The translations under genes and the position numbers were made by a program. Under the pieces are notes generated by a model. It was not told the origin of the DNA. It did no database searches and worked only from the letters and a program-made list of their open reading frames with translations. Positions 50,226-62,620 of a DNA stretch of 64,000 nucleotides are shown here, piece after piece (positions within the stretch are counted from its first letter, which is position 1; the number at the start of each line of letters is the position of its first letter). The DNA is from Octopus sinensis. Its lineage: Eukaryota. The stretch spans positions 30,008,001 to 30,072,000 of the forward strand of contig NC_043015.1 in the NCBI RefSeq assembly GCF_006345805.1. Reading direction: 5' to 3'.

Positions 50226-52627
50226 CTAAAAAGAGAAACATGAGTGAGAAGGTGGAGTAGAGAAAGAGAGAGAGATGGGGGAGGGAATCAAAGGAAAGAA
50301 GTGAGAGGTGAAGCAAGAGTGAGAAATGATTGGGAGGTGATAAGTACAGTATGAAAACATTACAATCAGATGGTCACAACATTTTCCTGAACCATGCCTT
50401 GCAAATCTATTTTCCCAACCCCAGGAATTTCACATCAGGAATTTTACATCAGTAGTGTTGCAAATATTTGGGCAACTTTTATATTTCTAGAACTATACAC
50501 AGAGACATTAAAATGTTATCTTGCAGTGTAAGATTTTATCTCACAGAGAATTAAAATGTCAAAGTGAATAAAAGTTAGATCTGTGATTAAAGTGTGTACT
50601 TGAAATCTTCCATAATAAAAGAAGGGACTAGTGAAATATTTGTATGTATGTAAGTACCAATTTGGAATATTTGAAACGTTTATGGTTGTAAGGTAAGAAT
50701 GGGTGAAGCTTGAAAACTGCATTTTGCTAAAAATATATTAAAATTGGAATTTATAAGAATTTTCTGACAAAAATATCATATAATCATTAAGACATGGGTG
50801 TTTGGTTGGGAGTTGAGCAGAGTGGATTAGTAGGGCAAGCTAATTTCATAGAAAAACCAACACATGAAAATAACCATTTGATTGCAACATAAACTTAATT
50901 AAACATTCTTAATATTAATTTGTAACCATGCTAATCACTACATTGTAGATTAGCTGAAACATCAGAGTCAAGGACATAACACCACAAGGTATTTAGCTAC
51001 TTCTGAGTTTCAATCCTTCTTGAGGTTAATTTTGCATTTCATCCTTCCAAAATGGATAAAATAAAGTACCGGTCAAGTACTGAAGTTGATTTGATTAAGA
51101 ATACTCTCCATGCTCGCCCACCCCTAATTTGTTTTGACAAATTTCATCCAGGCATGCATTTAGCTGTGGATGCATGATATTGACCAATGTCCAACAAGGC
51201 AAAAGTGTATCCAGTGCTGCTGGGATGATTTTCGTCTCCCTCTGATATATACTGGTTTTTTTAAACACAACATGTTCATAAGGGATATTATCTCTGGACA
51301 AATATCACAATAAGCTTGTCTTTTGTGAGGTATTTACATCAAGCATGATACATATATAATTATTCCAATTTGTAGACCTGAGGCATTGATACAAATCAAT
51401 ATCCCCAAAATTACCCATCTCTCAATATTCTAACTTAAAGCTATAAATTTGAGGAGAAAAGTAATTTATTTTACTGAATTTAATTCACTTGTAAAAGAAA
51501 ATTAAAAAAAACCCAAATAACAACTAGAAAACTTTTAGAGTTATTACCCTTTAGATATCAATCTGCCTGAAACCTTCCTTGGTTCTATGTGATACAAACT
51601 CTGTCTTAAAATGATCTTAAAACCTTTCCTATGAAGTATGTTCTGAACACCAGTCAAAAATTATTTTAATATAATTCTTTATTATTTTCAATACTAACTG
51701 GAATAAAGACTAAGTGTTGGTACTCTTGTCAGTTAACGATAATGCAGGATCCAGTTCATCCAATCAATGGAACAGCCTGTTTATAAAATTAATGTGCAAG
51801 TGGCTGAGCACTCCACAGACGTGTGTACTCTTAATGTAATGTAGTTCTCAGGGAGATACAGCATGACACAGAATGTGACAAGGCTGGCCCTTTGAAATGC
51901 TAGTACAACTAATTTTTGCCAGCTGAATTGTGTGGAACAACATGAAATAAAGTGCCTTGCTCAAGGACATAGCACACTATGTCATCATCACCATCATCGT
52001 TTAATGTCCGCTTTCCATGGTAGCATGGGTTGGACGATTTTGACTGAGGGCTGGCGAACCAGATGGCTGCACCAGGCTCTAATCTTGATCTGGCAGAGTT
52101 TCTACAGCTGGATGCCCTTCCTGATGCCAACCACTCCGAAAGTGTAGTTAACTGATTAAATTGATCCCAGTTTAACCAATTAAATCAATCCCAGTATAAT
52201 TGACTAAATCGATCCTAGTATATGACTGGTATTCTGTTGACTTCAAAGGAATGAAAAACAAAGTTGACTTTGGTGGGGTTTGAACTCAGAACCTTGAAAT
52301 ATAGAGAACTAGAATAAATAAATAAATACTGCATGGCATTTAACCAGTTTGTCAGTTCAAAGAATTTTTGAAAGTTGGTCCTAAACGTCCATGCTGGTTT
52401 TCAGACTTTCAGTTAGACTTTATTTTATATATTTTGAGTAATACACAGTTTTCCTTTCAGAAGTTCCAAGTTACTCTGATGGTTGCAAAGAAACTTGGAA
52501 CGCATAGCATATATAATGTCTGGGAAATACGTCCTGTGTACCACATGTGATACACAAAGACAGGCAAAGGGTTTGGGTTAACTCTCTAACGATTTTCTCA
52601 GTCCATTATAGTAGTAGTAGCAGCATT

Positions 52628-53012
52628 GTGGAGGCGCAATGGCCCAGTGGTTAGGACAGCGGACTCACGGTCGTAGGATCACGGTTTCGATTCCCAGACC
52701 GGGCGTTGTGAGTGTTTATTGAGCGAAAACACCTAAAGCTCCACGAGGCTCCGGCAGGGGATGGGGGTGATCCCTGCTGTACTCTTTCACCACAACTTTC
52801 TCTCACTCTTACTTCCTGTTTCTGTTGTACCTGTATTTCAAAGGGCCGTCCTTGTCACTCTCTGTGTCACGCTGAATATCCCCAAGAACTACGTTAAGGT
52901 TACACGTGTCTGTGGAGTGCTCAGCCACTTACACGTTAATTTCACGAGCAGGCTGTTCCGTTGATTCGGATCAACCGGAACCCTCATCGTCGTAACCGAC
53001 GGAGTGCTTCCA
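52628..53012 (+). mobile_element. tRNA-derived SINE, family A head
   Basis: Homologous to 349-632; ends about 65 bp from an AMBRA1 exon. Confidence 0.85.
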
Positions 53013-53076
53013 CACAGTAGCAGCATTAGTAGTAGTAATAATAATACAAAGGGTGAAAGAGAAAATGGTGACTTAC

Positions 53077-53262
53077 CAAAACCCTTGGTGAACAAGCACT
53101 GTCCAAGAGAATCTTCTTGCAGGGAGTAGATGGCTAAGACAGTGTCATCAGGGAATCCTCGATGTGTTGGCACAAATGTTGCCAGTAAAGAACCATCTTG
53201 GGATATATCACAGCTAGCACCGTTGTGTAGTTTACAATGTGGAACTATCACATTGTCACTGA
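53077..53262 (-). CDS. AMBRA1: AMBRA1 WD40 exon (SDNVIVPHCKLHNGASCDISQDGSLLATFVPTHRGFPDDTVLAIYSLQEDSLGQCLFTKGF)
   Basis: Matches AMBRA1 '[40 protein letters not shown]...LYTKRFG'; tag/gtaagt sites, 186 nt, phase 1 to 1. Confidence 0.97.
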
Positions 53263-53440
53263 CTATAAGTAGACATACATAAATATATTACTGAGATATG
53301 AAGGAAAAAACAAAAGTCAATGTGTTACAGAAGGTGATGCTGTGTTTTCCAGCAAACAAGTTGATGTAGTATAAAGGGCAAATTTAGTTGAGAAGGGAAT
53401 ATTCAACAAAATTTCAAAAAATTGCTTTTTACCATCTTAA

Positions 53441-53659
53441 CCCTTTAGTATTTAAACCGGCCATATCCGGCCAAAATAGCTAATCTGTTTTATGTTCAAA
53501 CTGACCAGATCCAGGCCCTCACACCTACCCTACAATGTTATTCTACATTAAGTAATTACACCATCAAGATCTTTAAGATATGAGATAATGCATGATTAAT
53601 TCAAATCAATGTGAATCAATAAGCAATACGTTTGATAGAATAATCTGAACACTAAAGGG
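53441..53659. mobile_element. piggyBac-like MITE, second family
   Basis: TTAA-ccctttagt...actaaaggg-TTAA; decayed relatives near 9445-9660, 10930-11143 and 48350-48580. Confidence 0.85.
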
Positions 53660-54126
53660 TTAAAGGTATATTTGAAACATCACCTTTATCTATGCCAAAA
53701 AAATAGAGCTTAATTCACATTTTTTCATATTGAAATTTAAGTTGGAAGATCAGTAATAAACAAGCAAGGATATGGGCATAAAAGAGTCAAAGTGTTGTAG
53801 AGACAAATAGATGCCTAATAATTAAGTTTGTCTGATATATGTATGTGATAAACTTTTATCCTGTTTCTTTTTCTTTCTAAATTCTTTTAATTTTTTTTAT
53901 CAGTTGTGAAGTGACATTAGTTTTACGAAACAATATGCAATTTAAAGTCAATATATCCATGTTTAATAGACATATATTTCACAATCAAATCTATAAACTA
54001 GTTATAAATTAAAAAGATAAATTTTAAAATTACAGTTGTTTTCAATATATATGTGTGTGTGTGTGTATATATACACACACACACATATATACATAAATAT
54101 CAATCAATAAGAAATGTGATACTTAC

Positions 54127-54237
54127 TGTAAGTAAGGTCAGGGAGTTCTAGTTTCTTGAAGTCCCACCGTTGGATGCGATGTGTCAAGTTGATAATATTA
54201 GTTGCAACAGCAATTTCACCTCTTCCCAAGAAAGCAC
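54127..54237 (-). CDS. AMBRA1: AMBRA1 exon (GAFLGRGEIAVATNIINLTHRIQRWDFKKLELPDLTY)
   Basis: Matches vertebrate AMBRA1 '[26 protein letters not shown]' as recalled; cag/gtaagt sites, 111 nt, phase 1 to 1. Confidence 0.95.
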
Positions 54238-55449
54238 CTGACAAATGGAGAAGAAAAGAAACACAAATATCATTCTAAAGCTGAAATTCTTGACCAATGG
54301 TGGCGATAGGATTCTAGACAGAAGTTTTGGGGGTTTAGGTGAAGAATTATGCTCAAGTAAAAAACATCGCCTTACACCAGCATCACCTTACTGGCACCCG
54401 CACCGGTGGCATGTGTAAAAGATTCAAGCGAGGTCATTGCCAGTACCGCCAGACTGGCCCCGTGTTGGTGGCACGTAAAAGCACCCACTGCATTCTTGGA
54501 GTGGTTGGCGTTAGGAAGGGCATCCAGCTGTAGAAACTCTGCCAGATCAAGATTGGAGCCTGGTGCAGCCATCTGGTTCGCCAGTCCTCAGTCACATGTC
54601 CAACCCATGCTAGCATGGAAAGCGGACGTTAAACGATGATGATGATGATAAAAAAGAAAATTCTTTATCACTAAAGATGAGGCATTGTGGTTAAGTTTGC
54701 TTCCCAACCACTGGATTCTAGGTTCAGTCACACTACACTGCACCCTAGGCTCTATAACCCTGGGTTGACCACAGCCTTATATGTAGAATTGGCAAACACA
54801 AACTGAAAGAAGCCTGTTGTATATGTACGTTGTTTGGTTTTCAGTCTTGGACATCACGTGCTAATTGTAAATGAATGTCACTGTCAAACAAGCAACATCA
54901 TTCATTTCCACTCTCTATCTGTGAAAAAGGCATTTGGCCATGGGGAAATGTTACTTTCCTTGCTTGTTCAGTCTGTATGTGTTGCACCATCACCACCACC
55001 ACCACTACTACTGGTGTTGGTTTGTTTATGTCCCTGTAACTTAGCAGTTCAGTAATAATACCAGACTTTAAAAAAATAAATAAATACTGAGGTAGATTTG
55101 TTTGACTAAACCTTTGAAGGCGATGCTCCAGCAAAGGCTGAAGTCCAATGACTAAAACAAAGATAAAAGGGGAGACAGGATTTTGTTTCTTCACATTTTT
55201 CAAGTGAAATTCCTCCACTTTCTGACAGTTACGCAAGGTCAAGCTGCCTAATAATGTTTTTGTTCACTTGGCTTAGGAGAAGAAGGGGGGACAAAACAAC
55301 GGATGGAGCAGCAGCACAAGGTTTGGTCTGATTATCTTGACACACAACAAAGAACTTAATTTTACATAGACCAAAGCAATTGAACAGATAGTCAGCGAGA
55401 GAGAGCGAAAGAAGGGTTGAAGCAAGAGAGAGGAAGGAGGTGAAATTAC

Positions 55450-55592
55450 CTGCAATAGCCCTATTAATAGCAGCCTGAAGAGTATCACTTGGGCGTGATG
55501 AAGCATCTTCTAAACTGCCTGTGTTCACATAATGATGATGGATTTGACGCTGGCGTAAACGTTGCAAGATACGTTCTTGGAGTCGCAGTAAT
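55450..55592 (-). CDS. AMBRA1: AMBRA1 exon (KLLRLQERILQRLRQRQ...LQAAINRAIA)
   Basis: tcttacag acceptor, gtaatt donor, 143 nt, phase 2 to 1; resembles the segment preceding the C-terminal WD40 blades of AMBRA1. Confidence 0.9.
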
Positions 55593-57620
55593 CTGTAAGA
55601 AATGGATGAGAGTCAGTTAGATTTGGCAGAAGGAAAAAACAGCCATAGTACCTTGGAAGGAAAAAAAACAAACAAAAAAAACCCAGATGCTGTTACTAAT
55701 GTGATTGGGGACAGCGAATAGTAGCTATAGTACATAACAGTTAAGGAGTTACAGTGCCTTGGGAAAAACAGTTGCAGTAAACTGGAAGAAACAGAGTACT
55801 TTAGGAAAAACAGCTATAGTATCTGAGAAAAGAAACTGTCAATAGTACCAAGAAAGAAAAACAGATTACCTAGGGAAAACTGATATGGTAGCTAGGAAGA
55901 AACAGTTACAATATTTAGGCCAAAAGAGCTATAAATACCTTAAGAAAAATTAGCTGACAGTACCTAGGGGAAACAATCAGAGGCACAAAACACTTAGAAG
56001 AGGGATGGCATAGAAGCTTCAAAGATCCTTTGGACTATGTAGGTTTGAAATATGAGGTGACACATATATCAAGAAAGGAAATAAAGATCTGAAGCACAGA
56101 ATACCACTGGGTGTTTTTGCAAGCAACATCTAGATGGAGGTGGAACTGTGAAGTGGATAGAACCATAAAAGCTAAGAGATAGGACTGAAAATATTAGCAG
56201 AAAGGGCAGAGGAAGAAACACTATCAGGTAGCTAGAAGGGAAACTAAGCATTATGCATATGTAGAAAGGAGAGAAGCTGATAGTAAGAGGTTTTACAAAT
56301 GGCAAGAGCATCAGAAGCAGGAGATGTGTAATGCAAAGCAGTGTGTGAGGACAAATCAAGATGCTTAGAAGAAAGAACTTTGGAAATGTTGATTTGAAAG
56401 GTCACCAAGGAGAATGTGTGGGAAGGAAGGAGGTCTACTTATGTAGGTCCAACAGAGAAATTAGCTACTGAAATTGACAACTACATGGTCTAAATGGCTA
56501 TTAAGAATATGAAGCTAGGGAAAGTAGCTAGACCACTGTCTTAAAATGATCTTAATTAAAACCTTTCATATGAAGTATGTTCTGAACACCAGACAAAAAT
56601 TATTTTAATATATTCTTTATTATGAGTCTGTATTTAGTATGGTTTCTATGGTTGAATGCCCTTCCTAATGTGCCATACCTGTATATATGTGTGTGTGTGT
56701 GTGGTGTGTGTGTGTGTGTGTATTTGTCTCCATCACCATCGCTTGACAACTGATGTTGGTGTGTTTATATCTTCATAACTTAGTGGTTCAGCAAAAGAGA
56801 CCAATAGAATAAGTATTAGGCATACAAAGAATAAGTCCTGGGGTAGAATATCTAGCAAAGCAGGAGTTTCAGAAAATCCACACAATCTGACTTTTCTCCC
56901 TAATAACTCTCAGGAAGATGGGTATTTTTCAATGAAAAGTTTTACAAATCCCTTACAAATGGCATAAATTATGATTATAAAGAAATTTGTGGGGGGAAAA
57001 TTTTCCGGCAATATGCCCCATGTTTTATTAAACCACAGCCTTAGAAATTATTGGTTTGGAGGGGGGGGGCATCTATGTATGAAAAAAAGTTTTGAAGACT
57101 CTTTTTTTACACCCCACTTCCTCATCATCCCACTCTGGACCAATTTTGGCCAATTTCTTCTTTTTTGCACTTCAAAACCATGGGAAGAGCATTTGAGAAA
57201 AAAAAAAAAAATGCTAATATTTTCAGAGGGAAATGTGATTTAAGGGCAATTTGGCTGTTGTTTCTAGCACATCCAAAGACACCCCCCCCCACCTCATTTC
57301 TTTATCACCCTCGCATGTATTGATGTTTTTCAATAGTTTTCCCCATAAATACATCCATATGCTATAAAAAAGAAAATTTGAGAAATGTATTTTTTTCAAC
57401 CCCACTCCCTGCCCCTGATTATTTCAGTTTAGAAATTAAAATAATGGAGAGCCTGAGAAGGTCATTGCTGGCATTTATCCACAGGGATAAAAAACATTAC
57501 GGAGATGTACTTGCATAGCAAGTGACTTGATCTGAGTTTTTTTGACTATTTATTAAAATTTTATGTATTGATTAAGTCTTTCCTTGTTTGTTTTGCAAAA
57601 TAGTGGTTTTGTCTCTAATA

Positions 57621-57651
<31 letters not shown>

Positions 57652-58560
57652 GTTGATTAATCGCCACAGATCAAACCTCGTTGAGGAGACACAAATCTAG
57701 GCGTTCCAGACATGACTATCCCCATCTTTTTGTATATCAGGGACCTGTCTGTGCAATGTGTCCTTTTATGAAAGACGATGGGGTTGTATTCATGGAGATT
57801 CGGCTGCTATTTCTAACATGTTAATTGCGTAAAAGCTCGGTTCGTCTCTATCCCTTTATCTTATTTTCCTCAAATATTTAAACACAAGCACTTCTTCCAC
57901 CTTTTGTAATTAATTTGTTCATCGTATATGAAAACATGGTGTGGTTTATAACGGAGACCTTGCATCACTTCTATTCCTATTTCATGTATTAAATCCTGAG
58001 CTTCTTTCCCTTTCATATGTTAAGTATTGACGTCCATAATACACACAGTTCTCGTCAAAAGACTTCTTGCTTCCTAACCACATGGTTTTGGATCCAGTCC
58101 GATTGTGTTGGCACCTTGAGCATAGAATATATATCAGTCTTCAAAAAAGTACTGGGGTCAATTTGTTTGACTTAAACACTTCAGTATGGTGCCCTAGCAT
58201 GACTGCAGTCCAGTCACTGAAACAAAGACAATATGTGTCGGTGGCACGTAAAAGCACCATCCGTTCGTGGCCGTTGTGCCAGCTCTGTCTGGCACCTGTG
58301 CAGGTGGCACGTAAAAAACACCCACTACACTCGCGGAGTGGTTGGCGTTAGGAAGGGCATCCAGCCGTAGAAACGCTGCCAAATCTGACTGGGCCTGATG
58401 AAGCCTTCCGGCTTCACAGACCCCAGTTAAACCGTCCAACCCATGCTAGCATGGAAAACGGACGCTAAATGATGATGATGATGATATATATATATATCGC
58501 CATGTTGATTCGCTAGCCTCTGCACGCATTTTTTTTCTCTCCTTGTTTCTTTTCTGTGTA

Positions 58561-58598
58561 TCTTTCTGTTGAAGAGCGTAGGCTCGAAAAGTAAAAGA
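58561..58598 (+). ncRNA. Second copy of the hammerhead-like motif and repeat (about 58525-58695), helix III mutated
   Basis: TCTTT-CTGTTGA-A-GAGC(GTAG)GCTC-GAA-AAGT-A-AAAGA; flanks homologous to 16395-16545. Confidence 0.5.
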
Positions 58599-58695
58599 CT
58601 TGTTTTATTTATATTCCTGAGCGCCATACTAATACAATTGTTTGTTTGTATTCCACCTGCCTTCGTCTTTTGTTTATTTTCATAAAGCTTCCCGT

Positions 58696-58728
<33 letters not shown>

Positions 58729-58970
58729 TCACACATGGTACAGCTCTTATGCTTGCAGCGCTAATAAAACCGTCCAACCCATGCCAGCATGGAAATGAAC
58801 ATTAACTGATGATAATAATATACAAAAACATGTATACCTACTTGTTACTTGTGTGTGTGTGTGTGTGTGTGTGTACACATATACACATAAACAACTGGCA
58901 AAAACAAATTAAGTTGTGCTAATTGTACAGAAGCTATTTCAAAAAGGTAGGAAGTCCGCTAAATACTTAC

Positions 58971-59049
58971 TTGGTTTGAGTATTGACTTCTCGCTGTAAG
59001 TTACGAGATATCTCCTCACGAGCCTCCGTTGATAACCGGGCCGACTCAT
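58971..59049 (-). CDS. AMBRA1: AMBRA1 exon (DESARLSTEAREEISRNLQREVNTQT)
   Basis: tttctttgcag acceptor, gtaagt donor, 79 nt, phase 1 to 2; fits both neighbouring exons. Confidence 0.85.
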
Positions 59050-59249
59050 CTGCAAAGAAACACAAAGAAAGAAAGACCGATCTCAGATATTCTCACTTAA
59101 ATATACCAAAATTGGAAACTATAATTAGAGAACAGTACCCTCCATCACCGTCACCTACATCATTCCATCAACATTAGCAATTGTTGTCATTCACATGTAC
59201 CCAGAAGCCAAGCTACACAGCCATGCCTGCACTTATCTCCTTTATCCTT

Positions 59250-60560
59250 TACTTGTTTCAGTCATTTGACTGCGGCCATGCTGGAGCACCGCCTTTTAGT
59301 CGAGCAACTCGACCCTGGGACTTATTCTTTTTGTAAGCCCAGTACTTATTCTATAGGTCTCTTTTTGCCGCTAAGTGACGGGGGACGTAAACACACCAGC
59401 ATCGGTTGTCAAGCAATGCTAGGGGAACAAACACACACATACATACATATATATATATATATACATATATACGACGGGCTTCTTTCAGTTTCCGTCTACC
59501 AAATCCACTCACAAGGCTTTGGTCGGCCCGGGGCTATAGCAGAAGACACTTGCCCAAGATGCCACGCAGTGGGACTGAACCCAGAACCATGTGGTTGGTA
59601 AACAAGCTACTTACCACACAGCCACTCTTGTGCCTATGTATGTATACACATAATGGACTTACATGGTTTCTTATTTCTTATTTCTTTACTACCCGCAAGG
59701 GGCTACACACAGAAGGGACAAACAAGGACAGACAAAGGGATTAAGTTGATTATATCGAACCAGTACGTAACTGGTACTTAATTTATCGACCCCCGAAAGG
59801 ATGAAAGGCAAAGTCGACCTCAGCGGAATTTGAACTCAGAACATAACGGCAGATGAAATACCTATTTCTTTACTACCCAGAAGGGGCTACACACAGAAGG
59901 GACAAACAGATTAAGTCGATTACATCAACCCCAGTGCGTAACTGATACTTAATTTATCGACCCCGAAAGGATGAAAGGCAAAGTCGACCTCGGCGGAATT
60001 TGAACTCAGAACGTAACGGCAGACGAAATACTGCTAAGCATTTTGCCTGGCGTGCTAATGGTTTGGCCAGCTCGCCGCCTTAACTTACAAGGTTTCTGTC
60101 AGTCAAATCTACTCACAGGGCATTGGCTGGTTATAGTTGAGCAATTAGACAAATCCTAAACAATTCCTCACAAACAGGAGTGGTTGTGTGGTAAGTAGCT
60201 TGCTAACCAACCACATGGTTCCGGGTTCAGTCCCACTGCGTGGCATTTTGGGCAAGTGTCTTCTGCTATAGCCCCGGGCCGACCAATGCCTTGTGAGTGG
60301 ATTTGGTAGATGGAAACTGAAAGAAGCCTGTCGTATATATATGTATGTGTGTGTGTTTGTGTTTGTTCCCCTAGCATTGCTTGACAACCGATACTGGTGT
60401 GTTTACGTCCACGTCACTTAGCGGTTCGGCAAAAGAGACCGATAGAATAAGTACTGGGCTTACAAAAGAATAAGTCCCGGGGTCGATTTGCTCGACTAAA
60501 GGCGGTGCTCTAGCATGGCCGCAGTCAAATGACTGAAACAAGTAAAAGAGTAAAGAGTAA
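59250..60560. mobile_element. SINE cluster: family C (-) 59250-59635, family B (-) 59670-60080 with duplicated tail, family C (+) 60177-60560
   Basis: Direct homology to the copies at 13167 and 4110. Confidence 0.9.
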
Positions 60561-62017
60561 GAGTAAACATACTATCACTACAAGCTTATTTGCATGTAAT
60601 CTCCTCTCTTTGACTCTGCCACTGTTATTACAACGGTCCGTATACTTTTCAACTATATGCATATCCCTCTAGCTACCTAAGCTCCTTTAACATCCTTCCA
60701 CCTCCCCTTGCCTTTGCTGTGATTCTCCTCCTACATTCTGTACTAAACACTTTGCCTCATCCTTCCTGTCTTGGGTTCCAATCTTCTGGAATTCCCTCCT
60801 TACACAGATTTTACCCCCTAAACATTAACCCACAAACATTCAAACTGAACATCAACCTCAATGGCCTGCAAAGGTCATAACCACTGACCTTTATCCCATA
60901 ACTAATTCATAACAGGAACAAAAGATGCCATATAGTGACAACCCAAATGGTCAATTTGATCCTATTGGGCCAAATCCTCAGATTAGTTGCTCTGTAACTA
61001 AAGGACCGAGAGAAACTTGGGACAATGAGAGAACAACGTGGTCAATTGAACTACTGGAAATAGCTGTAGAAGCTCCATCAAATAGAACATTACCTCCTTA
61101 AATAGGGAAAGGCCAGTTGGATAACATAGCCTTACATATATATATACATGTATATATACATATAGATACATATATACATACTTATTTATATACGTACATA
61201 CACATATATACATACATATATATATACATACATACATATATATAGATATATATATATATACATACATATGCACTTATATATATATATACATACCTACATA
61301 TACATATATACCTACATATATATACACACATATATAGATATGTATATACACATATTTACATATATATAAACACACGTATATACATGCATATAACACACAT
61401 ATATACACATATACATATACATACACATATATATTCATAGCTATATATATATATATATATATATAGTCATACGATATAGTGTATATTTAAACACATAAGG
61501 AATCCGCTTATAGGAATTCAACATGCTAGAAAGAACAGCTAAGTTCTATAACCATAAAAACTAGGGATAAAATTCGACAGCAACGAATTGAAAAATGAAA
61601 AACATTTTACCATCCAGTTTCCTGGACCAATTGGTTTCTGATTTTAGTTTAGCGAATCAAGGAACTTGCTAGGTGCAATCTTCTTCACCAGGACCACCTA
61701 GGGTTAAACGTATACATACAGGACGATCAAAACTACTTGCCCTGTGTTTATACATCCTAACTTTTTCAAAATCTACTGCGCGGCCGCAGTCCTTCGTCAG
61801 CAATAAAAAAAAGTGCCAACTTTTAAAACCGAAAATTATAAAAAAAACTTACAATATTTAATCATATCAAAGGGAAATGGAAATTAATTAAAATTTACAT
61901 TTCCAGTGGTCTAATGTGTAAAAAATTTTGTCAAAAAGACTATATATTAGTCATACGATATAGTGTATATTTATACAGATATGTACATATATACAGATAT
62001 ATACATATATATATATA

Positions 62018-62403
62018 GGCGCAGGAGTGGCTGTGTGGTAAGTAGCTTGTTTACCAATCACATGGTTCCGGGTTCAGTCCCACTGCGTGGCACCTTGGGC
62101 AAGTGTCTTCTACTATATAGCCTCGGGCCGACCAAAGCCTTGAGTGGATTTGGTAGACGGAAACTGAAAGAAGCCCGTCCTATATATGTATATATATGTA
62201 TGTGCGTGTATGTTTGTCCCCCACCAACATCGCTTGACAACCGATGCTGGTGTGTTTACGTCCCCGTCACTTAGCGGTTCGGCAAAAGAGACCGATAGAA
62301 TAACTACTGGGCTTACAAAAGAATAAGTCCCGGGGTCGAGTTGCTCGATTAAAGGCGGTGCTCCAGCATGGCCGCAGTCAAATGACTGAAACAAGTAAAA
62401 GAG
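62018..62403 (+). mobile_element. tRNA-derived SINE, family C
   Basis: Close copy of 13167-13560. Confidence 0.9.
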
Positions 62404-62620
62404 TATACACATACACACATATATACACATACACACAGATCTATAGATACACATACATGCAATGCATGTATGCACAGGGGTAATGTCTACAATTTGCATT
62501 TTTGAAAATCACTCCTTATAAAGTTTAAGTGTCAGCCACTGCGAAACAGCTGTAAGGATCAAACATATTAAGACAAGGCAAGTCAATGTGTTGCAAGATG
62601 TTAACGAAGAGTGTACTCAC

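Noticed and set aside
61765-61800. CTGACGA plus hairpin on the minus strand as a hammerhead
   Set aside because: GAAA does not follow stem II directly and no stem I or III is found.
62513-62558. Hammerhead-like tail GAAACAGCTGTA (also at about 7729)
   Set aside because: The CUGANGA core is missing or decayed; at most a relic.
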